A stretch of DNA of 64,000 nt from an uncultured delta proteobacterium. GTDB taxonomy: Bacteria; Myxococcota_A; Polyangia; Polyangiales; Polyangiaceae. The notes below the pieces were generated by a model. It did no database searches, was not told where the DNA came from, and saw nothing but the letters and a program-made list of their open reading frames with translations. Shown here piece by piece: positions 28,502 to 38,007 of the stretch. The stretch covers positions 192,001 to 256,000 of the forward strand of contig CAWJCS010000002.1 of assembly GCA_963841435.1 (NCBI GenBank). The letters are read 5' to 3'. A program made the translations under genes and the position numbers. Within the stretch, counting starts at the first letter, position 1. Every line of letters starts with the position of its first letter.

Positions 28502-30874
28502 ATGCGAGCTTCGATCGCCAAAACCTGCATCACGCTGAGTCTGCTGACCGCGGCGGTCCTCGCCGCCGCATCGAGCTGCGTCAGACCGCCGCCCTACGAT
28601 CCCTCGAAGGTCGAAACGTCCGAGGTCGAGGTGACCAACGACGTGACGCTGCTCTGGGACGGCGACGAGCACGGCGGCAGCGCCAAAGAATGGGCGAGCT
28701 GCAACCTGAAGGACGCGTGCAAGAGCACGGTGAAAGTCGCGCCGGGCTCGGGTGTGAACGATTCCGTCGGACTCGAATGGCACGTCGAAGGCAAAGACTG
28801 GAAGGGCTTCGGCTGGAACTGGCACGGCTTCTGGCCCGAGAACGCCGGCACCGACGTTTCGGGATTCAAGAACCTGAGCTTCTGGATCCGCCTCAAGCTC
28901 GACGATCCGAAAAAAGCACCGGAGCTCAAGGATCTGACGGTGGGCCTCGCCGGCTCCAACAAGGCCAAGGGGGAGTCGGCCACGGTGCCGCTCGTCGGTT
29001 ACGTCAACGGCCTGGCCGACGAAAAATGGCACGAAATCGTCGTTCCGATCGGTGATCTCACCAAGGGCAAGGGCAAGGACTTCGACCTCACGAAGGTATG
29101 GGAGCTCCGGCTCGGCGAGTACGCCATGTCGGAACGCAACTTCACCGTCTTCGTCAACAACATCGGCTTCGACGACCGGAAGCTCGTCGCGCTCATCAGC
29201 TTGCCCGAAAAGAGGGCTCCGGCACCGCTCGGCAGCGAGGTCGTCAACGTCGTGGCGAAGGTCGACCTGGCCGCCCCCGGTACGGCCGTGAGCCCGTACA
29301 TCTATGGGGTGAGCCACGGCGACGCCGAGGCGTTGCACGAGATGGGCGTCACCATCCGGCGTCAGGGCGGCAACCTCTCGAGCGTGTACGACTGGCGTAC
29401 TGGCTTCACCTCCGCGGGGGCCGACTGGTTCTTCGAGAACCGCAAGATGCTGGAGACGCCCCACCCCGAGGAAAACGTGTGGGTGGTGATGCACCGCGAG
29501 AACAAGAAGTTCGGGATGAAGAGCTTCTTCACCCTGCCGTCGGAATGGGTTGCCAAGGACGACAAGTCGAGCGGCTTCCCCAAGGATGTCTACCCGGAAT
29601 GCGAAGGATTCGCTCCCGACCGACCCGACGCGTGCAACGGAAAGCTTGTGCAGAAGGACAAAGAGGGCAACCCCATCAAGCTCAGCTGCGGCGCGCACCC
29701 GACCCAGAACGGAAAGTACGTGGGTACCGACTACAACGTCGAGCTCGTCAAATACTGCATCAAGGACGCCGGCCTCGGTCGCGCCGATCAGGGCGGCATC
29801 GGCATCATTTCGCTCGACAACGAGCCCATGCTCTACACGGAAACCCACCGTGACATGATCTGCAAGGGCTTCACCTACGACGAGTACTGGGCGCGCACCA
29901 AGAAGGCCGCCGAGGGCATTCACGCCGCGGATCCCAGTGTGAAGGTGGCGGCCCCGGCGCTCTGGGGCTGGACGGCCTATTCACTCGCGTCTGGCGATCT
30001 AAAGTATCGCGAGGAGCACGGCCTCGGTTGGGACGCGACGAGCAAGCTTCCCGATTTTGCCAAGTACGGCCCCTTCGCCCTCGACTTCATGCGCCGCTGT
30101 GCCGAGTACAAGAAGCAGACCGGCAAGAACCTGGTCAACATCTTCGTGTTCCACGGCTACCCGAACACGCCCAAGCTCGGCTGGGACAACCGCGCCGAGT
30201 TCGCCCATCCTTCCCCCGAGCTTCAGGAGCTCCGCGTTCGCGACGTGAGGAAATTCTGGGACGAATCGTACCGGGACCCCGACACCTGGATGGGCAAGGA
30301 AAGCTGGAGCAACGGCAACATCGCCTATGTCCCGCTGATGCGGCGCTGGATGAAGCAGGCCGGCTGGGACGTGCCGATCGCCATCGGCGAATACGACTAT
30401 TCCGGCCCCGAAGGTGGCGAGGAAATCTCCGCCGCCGTGGCTCAGGCCGAAAGCCTCGCGGCCTTCGCCCGCTCGGGGGTGAGCTACGCCATGTACTGGG
30501 CCGACCCGCGCAAACACGGGCCGGTGTATTTCGCGTTCAAGATGTACCGAAACCCCGACGGCAAGCGCACGGCCGTGGGCGATCGCTTCATCGTGGGTGA
30601 GGTCAGCGATTTCGACAGCGTGAGCGTGTACGCGTTCAAGGACGAGAAGAAGAAGGTCGCCTCGTTCATGATTCTCAACAAGCGGGCGACGAAGGGGGCC
30701 AACGTGGTGCTCGAGCTCGGCGCTCCCGTCCCGACCCAGAAGGCGCCACGCTACGAGTACAGCCGGGCCAACCAGAAAGCGATCGGCGAGCTACCGCCGC
30801 TGGACGTGAGTGGAAAGAGCGTTCACCTCGGCATCGCGCCAATGTCGATCTTGCGGGTGGACGTGAAGCTTTGA
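28502..30874 (+). CDS. GH44-like endoglucanase/xyloglucanase lipoprotein with N-terminal CBM-like domain
   Basis: Lipobox ASSC; CBM-like NLSFWIR and WHEIVVPI; VSPYIYG, RQGGN, GADWFFEN, LDNEPML..THRD and IAIGEY. Confidence 0.85.
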   Translation: MRASIAKTCITLSLLTAAVLAAASSCVRPPPYDPSKVETSEVEVTNDVTLLWDGDEHGGSAKEWASCNLKDACKSTVKVAPGSGVNDSVGLEWHVEGKDWKGFGWNWHGFWPENAGTDVSGFKNLSFWIRLKLDDPKKAPELKDLTVGLAGSNKAKGESATVPLVGYVNGLADEKWHEIVVPIGDLTKGKGKDFDLTKVWELRLGEYAMSERNFTVFVNNIGFDDRKLVALISLPEKRAPAPLGSEVVNVVAKVDLAAPGTAVSPYIYGVSHGDAEALHEMGVTIRRQGGNLSSVYDWRTGFTSAGADWFFENRKMLETPHPEENVWVVMHRENKKFGMKSFFTLPSEWVAKDDKSSGFPKDVYPECEGFAPDRPDACNGKLVQKDKEGNPIKLSCGAHPTQNGKYVGTDYNVELVKYCIKDAGLGRADQGGIGIISLDNEPMLYTETHRDMICKGFTYDEYWARTKKAAEGIHAADPSVKVAAPALWGWTAYSLASGDLKYREEHGLGWDATSKLPDFAKYGPFALDFMRRCAEYKKQTGKNLVNIFVFHGYPNTPKLGWDNRAEFAHPSPELQELRVRDVRKFWDESYRDPDTWMGKESWSNGNIAYVPLMRRWMKQAGWDVPIAIGEYDYSGPEGGEEISAAVAQAESLAAFARSGVSYAMYWADPRKHGPVYFAFKMYRNPDGKRTAVGDRFIVGEVSDFDSVSVYAFKDEKKKVASFMILNKRATKGANVVLELGAPVPTQKAPRYEYSRANQKAIGELPPLDVSGKSVHLGIAPMSILRVDVKL

Positions 30875-31801
30875 CCGAGACCCGCGGGCGCGCAGCGCCT
30901 CGCTCGGACTGCCGCCGCGGAGCGCGCGGAACACCCGGTGAAACTGCGCGTAGCTACCGAACCCTGCGCCTTCGGCCGCGGCGTGCAAATTGTCGCCACC
31001 GGCATCGAGCAACGTCTGGAAGCGCTCGAGTCGGAGCCGATTTCTGTACTCGACGAGCGACATCCCCATCTCGCGCTTGAACACGCGAGCCAGGCGGCTC
31101 AGCGTGATACCGAGCTCGGCGGCGAGCTCTTTGCCGGAAAGCGACGGTTCTTTCGCGAGGCGGCGCACGGTCCCGACGACCATGGGATTCCCCGGTGCTG
31201 CGAGCTCGCCGACGGGGCGCGCGAGGGGACCGCGCCTCAGATCCAGCACGGTCGCGAGGAGTGAGCAGAGCAGCGACGCGCGCGCCTGCCTGGCATCGTC
31301 GAGCGGCGTGCCCGTCGCACCGGGGTCGTTGAACATCATGCCCAGCGTTCCGCGCACCGAGCGGATGGGGGTGCACGCCAACCAGCCGCGACCGACCACG
31401 CGCGTCTCGCTCTCGAGCTGGACGACGAGCGGCGAGTTGTCGATCACCGTGAACGGAATGCCTTCCTCGTCGGCCCGGCGAAACACCTCGCGATCGTAGT
31501 CCCCCAGGCTGTACATGACGTGATGCTCGTCGACGAGGCGCCGCTCGAGGTCCGTGCCCCAGGTGCCGAGCATGGCGGTTCCGGTTTCGTCGAGCAGGAA
31601 CAGCCCCACGCGCACGAGCCCCACGCGTTCCAGCGCGAGCTCGACCGCACGCTTGAGCAAGCGTTCGCCGTCCTCGATGGCGGCGAGCTCGTCGAAGGCG
31701 GAAAGCAGCGGATCCACCGCGGGCGGCGGAGCCAGGATCTCCGGGGGCGGCTGATCCACATCGAGGATCAACGGCCAATCGACGCGGCGTCTGAGGTTCA
31801 C
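30791..31801 (-). CDS. AraC-family regulator with N-terminal GAF-like domain
   Basis: LAAELGITLSRLARVFKREMG, YRNRLRLE and AGFGSYAQFHRVF; N-terminal RVGLFLLD...GTWGTD...CTPI. Confidence 0.9.
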   Translation of the reverse strand: MNLRRRVDWPLILDVDQPPPEILAPPPAVDPLLSAFDELAAIEDGERLLKRAVELALERVGLVRVGLFLLDETGTAMLGTWGTDLERRLVDEHHVMYSLGDYDREVFRRADEEGIPFTVIDNSPLVVQLESETRVVGRGWLACTPIRSVRGTLGMMFNDPGATGTPLDDARQARASLLCSLLATVLDLRRGPLARPVGELAAPGNPMVVGTVRRLAKEPSLSGKELAAELGITLSRLARVFKREMGMSLVEYRNRLRLERFQTLLDAGGDNLHAAAEGAGFGSYAQFHRVFRALRGGSPSEALRARGSRSKLHVHPQDRHWRDAEVNALSTHVQRR

Positions 31802-31959
31802 GGTCGAGCCACAAATGTATCAGGCGCCACCCGCCAGCGCCCGCCCGGTGCGAAACCCCGAGGGTCGGCGCCGCCTCCGCGCGCTCCGCGCGGCCGGCGT
31901 CGCCCGGCGGGCCCGGGGCGGATCAAATTGCCGAGGGGGCGACGGCGTGGTGCGGCAGC

Positions 31960-33594
31960 TCAGCCGGGCTCGTACGTGCTGAGCCAGAGGTCGCCCGCCT
32001 TCTCGCGGTACCACACGACGAAGCCCTTGCCCTGACCGTCGATCCCGACGCTCGGCGCGAAGGCGCTGTCGTCGTGGTGCTCGAGGAGCCCGCCGGGACC
32101 CCACGTTCCCGTCGCGGCGTCGTAGCGGCTCGCGACGGCGTCCACATCGAGGGTAATGTCCTTCGTCGGCCACTGTGACGAGACGGCGAGCGCGTTGCCG
32201 TCGGGGTCCACCGCCACGCTCGCCCACTTCGCGACCCAGCCGGCCGTGTCGTCGATCTGGGTCGCCTCGGACCAGCTTCCGGCGGCAACGTCGTAGCGCG
32301 TGCCCCACAGGTGATCGTCGGCGGTCCAGACCACCATCGCGTTGCCGTCGTCGTCGAGCGCGACGTGCGGCTCCGTGGTCGCGAAGGTCACCTGATCCTC
32401 GAGCCGCACCGCGTCGTCCCAGCCGCCGCCCGCCGCGTAGCGGCGCGCCCACACTTCGGTGTCGCCGCCGAGATCGGTCGGCGCCTGTTCCCATACCAGG
32501 AAGAAGTTTCCGTCGCGATCGGCGGCCACCGCCATGGCAAACGGGCTCGTCACCCCGGTCTCGGGCACGAGCACTTCCGCGGTGTCCCAGCTGCTGCTCT
32601 GAGCATCGAAGCGATTGGAAAGGAGCAAGCCTCCCTTCACGCCGCTGTCGCCGCTCTGCTGCCACGCAGCGAGCGCGTTGCCGAGCGGGTCAACGGCCAG
32701 CGCGCCCGTACCCGAATCGCGGTAGTCGCGGTCGTCGATCGCCTCCCAGTAGCTCCACTCATCGCTCTTGGGGTCGTAGAGGCGGTGGCGCTGGCTCGTG
32801 CGCGAGCCGTCCGACTCGGGCCAGAGGATCGAGGCCGTGCCGCTCGGACCAGCGGCGAGCCGCGCATCACCGATGCCCCCGGCGCTGTGCTGCTCGATCT
32901 GCACGCCGTCGGCCCAGGCTGCGCCGGACGCGTCGTAGCGCGTCACGAAGATGAAGCCCTGTTTCCAGGCGACGTACGCGTTGCCGAGCTCGTCGAGCGC
33001 GAGATCGTCGAGCTCCGCGTCGTACGTCGAGTCGGTGTGAATAGCGAACGGCTCGCCCCAGCTCTTCGTGGCGGGGTCGTAGCGGATCGTCCAGATGCCG
33101 ACGCGCGTGTCCACGTAGCCGGGCCAGGCAACGAGCGCGACGCCCGCACGGTTCACAGCGAGCTTGGGATCGCCGACGACGCTCACCCCGGGCGCGAGCT
33201 CCGCTCCTTCGGTGAAACCGGGCGCAGGTCCCGCGCCGCCGCTCGAGCCTCCCACGCCGCCCATGCCCGCCGTGCCGGCCATGTTGCCACCGCTGCCACC
33301 CGCGCCCGCCGCGCCGCCGAGCGTGCCACCCGAGCCACCCGTGGTGCCGCCGGTGCCGCCCGCAGACGAGCCGCCCGTCGCTGACCCGCTCGTCCCACCC
33401 TGCCCGCCAGCCGCTCCGCCGCTGCCGCCGCTCGTGCCCCCGCTCGCGCTCGCTCCGCCGCTTCCGGGCGACCCGGACTGTCCCGCCTGCGAGTCGTCCG
33501 CGTCATCGGCGCTCTTCTTGCCGCCGCAGGCGGTCGCGCCCGCGAGCAACATGGCCGCGTACGAGACCCATCGCGTGCGCGTTGCGGTGCTCAT
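31960..33594 (-). CDS. Lipoprotein with Gly-rich linker and beta-propeller repeats
   Basis: Lipobox ATAC; about 7 repeats of (LAVD.xGN.xxxW...RYD....W); ATGA overlap with the upstream gene. Confidence 0.8.
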   Translation of the reverse strand: MSTATRTRWVSYAAMLLAGATACGGKKSADDADDSQAGQSGSPGSGGASASGGTSGGSGGAAGGQGGTSGSATGGSSAGGTGGTTGGSGGTLGGAAGAGGSGGNMAGTAGMGGVGGSSGGAGPAPGFTEGAELAPGVSVVGDPKLAVNRAGVALVAWPGYVDTRVGIWTIRYDPATKSWGEPFAIHTDSTYDAELDDLALDELGNAYVAWKQGFIFVTRYDASGAAWADGVQIEQHSAGGIGDARLAAGPSGTASILWPESDGSRTSQRHRLYDPKSDEWSYWEAIDDRDYRDSGTGALAVDPLGNALAAWQQSGDSGVKGGLLLSNRFDAQSSSWDTAEVLVPETGVTSPFAMAVAADRDGNFFLVWEQAPTDLGGDTEVWARRYAAGGGWDDAVRLEDQVTFATTEPHVALDDDGNAMVVWTADDHLWGTRYDVAAGSWSEATQIDDTAGWVAKWASVAVDPDGNALAVSSQWPTKDITLDVDAVASRYDAATGTWGPGGLLEHHDDSAFAPSVGIDGQGKGFVVWYREKAGDLWLSTYEPG

Positions 33595-35228
33595 TGCTCC
33601 ACGCAGTAGAAGCGATGGGGAGTATCGCAGTCCCGGTAGCGGTCGCCGTATTCCTGATCCCAGAACCCGGCGCCCGACTCGCGATAGTCGCCGACCTCGG
33701 CAGAGCTCGTGGTGGTGGTGAAGTTGGCGCACTCGCCCGTGGCGACGCGCGTGATGTTGATGTCGCCGACCCAGACCGCGGAATCGGGCTCGTTCAAATA
33801 GGTCCCGTCACCGGTCTGCCAGATACCGGTGTAGAGATAGTTGTCGACCGTGGCCTGCACGCCCGGCGCCGCCGCTTCCACGATCTCCGCGCCCCTTCCG
33901 ACGAGCTGCCCGTCGGGGCGCACGTACAGCGTGCCGTTGGTCAGGACGTCGGCCCCCGCGTTGCCGCCGTACGCCAGCATGGCGCGCACCTCACCGGTGC
34001 CCGACGGCGCGCTCGCCGCGCAGGCCTCGTCTGGCGTCATGGTCGCGTTCGGCACGTAGGGGTCGGAAAGGTAGATGAGCTTGCCGGCCTCGGGCGTGAG
34101 CGTGACCGGCTCCGAGAAGGTCGTGCCGAAGCAGTAAAACTGGATGCCGATGTTGCAGGCGCGCGCGCCGGATTCGGTAAAGTAAGTCGGGCCGCCCGAG
34201 TCCTTGCCGTAGGAAAAGTCGTAGCCCGACGACTCGCTCCGCCACTTGTTGCAGTTGTCCGGGGCGGCGCTGCCGTCCGCGAGCGTGCCGGTGCCGACGA
34301 TCTCGTTGTCGTGCATCACGCCCTCGTCATCCAGCCGGATCGTGTAAAAAAGCTTGCCGGCGAGGAGGTCCTCGATCGTATCGGCCACGGGCTTGCCGTC
34401 GAGCCGCACCCAGCCGCGCGCCGTTTTGCCGAGCCGATCGAGCGCGAGCGAGTCGCCGTCCGACACCCAGGCGACGTACGCGTCGTCGGTGTCGTTGTTG
34501 ATGCCCGCGGCCGTGGCGAGCTCGTTGCAGTTCACGTCGAACATCGCGGCGCCGCCGTGCGACGTCGAGTCCCCCCGCGACGACAGGAACACGAAGTTGT
34601 GCGTCTGCGTCCCGAACTCGACGGTGACGTGCTTGTCCTCGTCCATCGTGAGCTGGCACTCGGAAAGACCCGTGCAGTCGTCGCCGAAGCCCACGAAATA
34701 CGTGCCTGCACCGTTTTCCGGCCGTGCCCGGTACGTATCCTCGTAACCCTTGGGCAGCGTGCGCGTGCAAGTCTCGGTGCAGGTGAAGCTGCTGAGCGAA
34801 TTGACGATCTCTCCCGGCACGTCGCCCATGAACTCGATCGTCAGCGTGTACATCGTCGCCCCGCTACCCGCGCTCCCACCCTGAGCACCGGCGCCGCCGC
34901 CGCTCCCGCCGCCGGCCACGGCGCCGCCCGTGCCGCCCGCGCCACCCTGCGCATCGCTTCCGCCGGCGCCCCCCGCACCCCCCGCGCCACCTCCGGTTCC
35001 GTCGCCCGCGCCCCCGCCGAGACCGCTCGTGCCGGCCCGGGCGGAGCTGCCACCGCTACCGTCGCCGCCCTTGCCGCCGCTCGAGGCCCCCGCGCTGCCT
35101 CCCATGGAAGAACCAGCGCCGGCGTTGGATTCGTCGTTGCTCGCGCCGCCGTCGCCCGACTTGGAGCTACACGCAAAAGCCACGAGCAGGCAGAGACTCA
35201 CCGGCGCGAAGTCCACCACTCGGCGCAT
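33591..35228 (-). CDS. Lipoprotein with Gly-rich linker, divergent InlB-B-like repeat and two DUF1554/endostatin-like domains
   Basis: Lipobox AFAC; FVGFGDDC...CQLTMD; NFVFLSS, CNELA, YVAWVSD, WVRLDG and IQFYCF; second copy YVRPDG...HRFYCVEQ. Confidence 0.75.
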   Translation of the reverse strand: MRRVVDFAPVSLCLLVAFACSSKSGDGGASNDESNAGAGSSMGGSAGASSGGKGGDGSGGSSARAGTSGLGGGAGDGTGGGAGGAGGAGGSDAQGGAGGTGGAVAGGGSGGGAGAQGGSAGSGATMYTLTIEFMGDVPGEIVNSLSSFTCTETCTRTLPKGYEDTYRARPENGAGTYFVGFGDDCTGLSECQLTMDEDKHVTVEFGTQTHNFVFLSSRGDSTSHGGAAMFDVNCNELATAAGINNDTDDAYVAWVSDGDSLALDRLGKTARGWVRLDGKPVADTIEDLLAGKLFYTIRLDDEGVMHDNEIVGTGTLADGSAAPDNCNKWRSESSGYDFSYGKDSGGPTYFTESGARACNIGIQFYCFGTTFSEPVTLTPEAGKLIYLSDPYVPNATMTPDEACAASAPSGTGEVRAMLAYGGNAGADVLTNGTLYVRPDGQLVGRGAEIVEAAAPGVQATVDNYLYTGIWQTGDGTYLNEPDSAVWVGDINITRVATGECANFTTTTSSAEVGDYRESGAGFWDQEYGDRYRDCDTPHRFYCVEQ

Positions 35229-35370
35229 CTCTCGATGATACGGCAAGCGCACCAGAAATCCCTCTACTCTCGAAAAGAGCTACGACATTCAGCGGCTTAC
35301 GGCCGACTCAACGGCAGCTTTCGTGGAGCCCTTCGGCGCGGCGTTGGGGGCCAGCGCGGTGTTCAGATAC

Positions 35371-35451
35371 TCGAACGTCCGCTCGCCTCCTCGACGTCGA
35401 ACGTCCGCACCCTTCACTCTGCTCCAATGTTCCCGGACGTGTTCCCGGACG
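35371..35451. promoter_or_regulatory. Candidate operator array in a divergent intergenic region (two pairs of 12-bp direct repeats)
   Basis: TCGAACGTCCGC at 35371 and 35397; TGTTCCCGGACG at 35428 and 35440. The cores CGTCCG and CGGACG are reverse complements. Function is inferred. Confidence 0.4.
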
Positions 35452-35556
35452 CAAAAGCGTGCTCGGTGGAAACGCCGGCCGTGGTGGCGAACGGGTTGGG
35501 CGAAAAATGGCCGCTCCGCTTGCTCCCGCGGGTCACGGCGCGCAAACTACTCGGCC

Positions 35557-36663
35557 GTGGTGGCTTCTCGCCGCGCTTGGAGGCTCGTGGCGGTGGCGGC
35601 GCTCCTCGTCAACGCCTTCGTGGCTTGCTCGAGCCCGCGCGTCGCGCCCGACGACGAGGACGGCTTTCACGAGGGGGGCGAAGCCGGAAGCGGTGATGGG
35701 TCCGGCGGCTCCACGAACGCCGGTCGTGGCGGCGCGGGTGGCAGCTCGACGGCCGGCGGTAGCAGCGGAGCCTCGGCGCTCGGAGGAAGCGGGGGGTCGT
35801 CCGGAGCGGCGGCGGGTGGAGAGGGTGGCTTCGGCGAGGCGGGCGGCGGTGGCGCGCCGACCGGCGGCGCGGGCGGCACCTCGGGGGTTTTCGGCGGCGG
35901 CTCGGGTGGCTCGGCGGGAAGCGGTGCCTCGGGTGGCGCTTCGGGCGTCGGCGGGTCGAGCGGTGGCGCGGGCCTCGGCGGCGCCGGCGCCGGCGCGGGC
36001 GGCGGTGGCGGCAGCGGTGGCGCCACCGGGCCGGCCTCGGTGGCGTGGGGGGACTTCCAGTACTCGCTCGTCAACGGCGATGTGTACGCCTTCACCGTGA
36101 GCACCGGGGCGCCCGGGAGCGACCGCACGCTCATCATCGTCACGCACGCGGCGAGTGACTACGCGGTCAGCTTCGACAGCGTCCAGGTGGACAGTGTCAT
36201 GGCCACCAAGATCACGAGTGTCAGCGAAGAAGCCATGCCGACGGCGCCCACGGCAATCTTCACGGCAACGCTGCCCGCCGGCACCGAGTCGCTCGTCGAA
36301 GTCCGCCTCAGCGTGCCGGTGGTGCGCTGTGCGATCGCCGTCTACGCCGCCTACGGCCTTGCCACTCCGGATAGCGCCTACGCCACGAGCTCACTCGTGG
36401 CCACGGGCTCGGACAACTTCAGCGTCGACGCTCCCGCCGGCGGCATCATCGTCGGAGGGCTCGGCATGGCAGGCGACCAGGCTTCGGCGTCGTACTGGAT
36501 CACCATGGAGCTCCGGTACGACACCGTGATGGTCGAGGGCACGCCCACGCTCGTCTCGGGCGCCATGCTCGACGACGTGCCGTCCACGGGCCCCTACGAG
36601 ATCGGGATCCAGACCGTGAACGCCGGTTACAACTTCCGCGCGGTCGCCGCGAGCTTTCGCTAG
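35557..36663 (+). CDS. Lipoprotein with Gly-rich linker and uncharacterised all-beta C-terminal domain
   Basis: Lipobox FVAC, long G/S/A linker, beta-rich domain. Start uncertain. Confidence 0.7.
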   Translation: MVASRRAWRLVAVAALLVNAFVACSSPRVAPDDEDGFHEGGEAGSGDGSGGSTNAGRGGAGGSSTAGGSSGASALGGSGGSSGAAAGGEGGFGEAGGGGAPTGGAGGTSGVFGGGSGGSAGSGASGGASGVGGSSGGAGLGGAGAGAGGGGGSGGATGPASVAWGDFQYSLVNGDVYAFTVSTGAPGSDRTLIIVTHAASDYAVSFDSVQVDSVMATKITSVSEEAMPTAPTAIFTATLPAGTESLVEVRLSVPVVRCAIAVYAAYGLATPDSAYATSSLVATGSDNFSVDAPAGGIIVGGLGMAGDQASASYWITMELRYDTVMVEGTPTLVSGAMLDDVPSTGPYEIGIQTVNAGYNFRAVAASFR

Positions 36664-36739
36664 CGGGTCGGGTTCGCCTGTCGCCGGTCCGGGCCCGTGG
36701 CGTCAACCGCGTGCTCACCCCGGTGCTACGCTTCGTGTC

Positions 36740-37936
36740 GTGGTGTCTTCCTTCGGCCTTCGGGGAGGCTCGCTTTCCCCGGTCGTTGTGGCGTTGGTCG
36801 CGTTGTGCGGGTGCCGGGGCAACAAGGACGCCAGGCTCGAAGGCGGCGGAGCGCTCGCCGTCGGCGCTTACGCGAGCCTCGACATGATGGATGCCTGCAC
36901 CCGCGGCAAGCTGGACTTTTGCACCAACGAGAAGCTGGTCGAAGTGACGGACGTCACCATGAGCGAGCCGGGACTGCTCGAGGTCCTGCCACTCGATCAG
37001 GCACCCGCGAAGCTCACGGTGCTCCGAGAGTTCACTGGCCTCAGGCTGCTCCACGGTCTTCTGCCGGGCAAGACGAACCTGTGCTTGACGGCGACCTTCG
37101 ATGACGAGACGCGTCGCACGGACTGCATCGATGTGACCGTCGGCGTCGTCGACCGCGTTGACATCGGTTACTCGTGCAACCCGGCAGGCTCCGTCAACTC
37201 CGTCGTGAGCCCGGAGATCCCGCCGGGCGCGACCCTCGTTTTCGGCGCCTCGCTCTACGCGGGTGGCTTATCGCTCGGCGGTGTGCTCCCCGACGTGCTC
37301 GACGAGACCGAGCTCCGGCGTCTCGACTGGAGCACTTACGCCTGGACCGCGCCGAGCGACGGCGGCACGACGACGATCCGCTCGTCGCTCGACCCGAGCC
37401 TCGCATCCACGATCGTGACCTACGGCGCCGACGAGGTGACCGCGCTCCGTGTCGAGACGAATTACGTGCGACCGCTCGTTTTCGAAGCTGGCGCGCCCGT
37501 TTACCTCACCGTCACACAGGACGTGAACGGCCATCGCGCGTGCGAGGACGGGGCAGTCTGGATGAGGAGCGAAACGCCTGACGTTTGCCTCGGTCCGGCG
37601 GGAGAAACGACGTGGGATGGGTCCTGGTTCACGGCGGTCTCCGAGGGCACGTGTCGCCTCTCGGTCGGTGTCCCCGGCCGCGACGAACGGCTCACCACGT
37701 TCGAGGAATTCGTGTTCGTCGTGGACCCGATGGACGCCTCGCGCAATCGGTCGACCGGCATGCCTTGCACGACGCAAGGCGACCGCGCCTGCGAGCCGTA
37801 TCGCCATTCGCTGCTGGTTTGCGGGAAATCCGGCGGCGCGCTCTATTGGCTGGAGGAGCCGTGCAAGAACACGATCTGCGACTACTCGGCGCCCGAAGAC
37901 GCGTGCCCGAACGGCTCGTGCGCCGCCTGCCGCTGA
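36740..37936 (+). CDS. Hypothetical Cys-rich lipoprotein (Ig-like beta domains)
   Basis: Lipobox LCGC, beta-rich body, Cys-rich tail. Confidence 0.7.
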   Translation: MVSSFGLRGGSLSPVVVALVALCGCRGNKDARLEGGGALAVGAYASLDMMDACTRGKLDFCTNEKLVEVTDVTMSEPGLLEVLPLDQAPAKLTVLREFTGLRLLHGLLPGKTNLCLTATFDDETRRTDCIDVTVGVVDRVDIGYSCNPAGSVNSVVSPEIPPGATLVFGASLYAGGLSLGGVLPDVLDETELRRLDWSTYAWTAPSDGGTTTIRSSLDPSLASTIVTYGADEVTALRVETNYVRPLVFEAGAPVYLTVTQDVNGHRACEDGAVWMRSETPDVCLGPAGETTWDGSWFTAVSEGTCRLSVGVPGRDERLTTFEEFVFVVDPMDASRNRSTGMPCTTQGDRACEPYRHSLLVCGKSGGALYWLEEPCKNTICDYSAPEDACPNGSCAACR

Positions 37937-38007
37937 CGACACTTCCTTGGCGCAACAGACCCCTCAGCGCGTGACCATCTCGAGCGCGAACCTGCCGCAC
38001 CAGCGCT

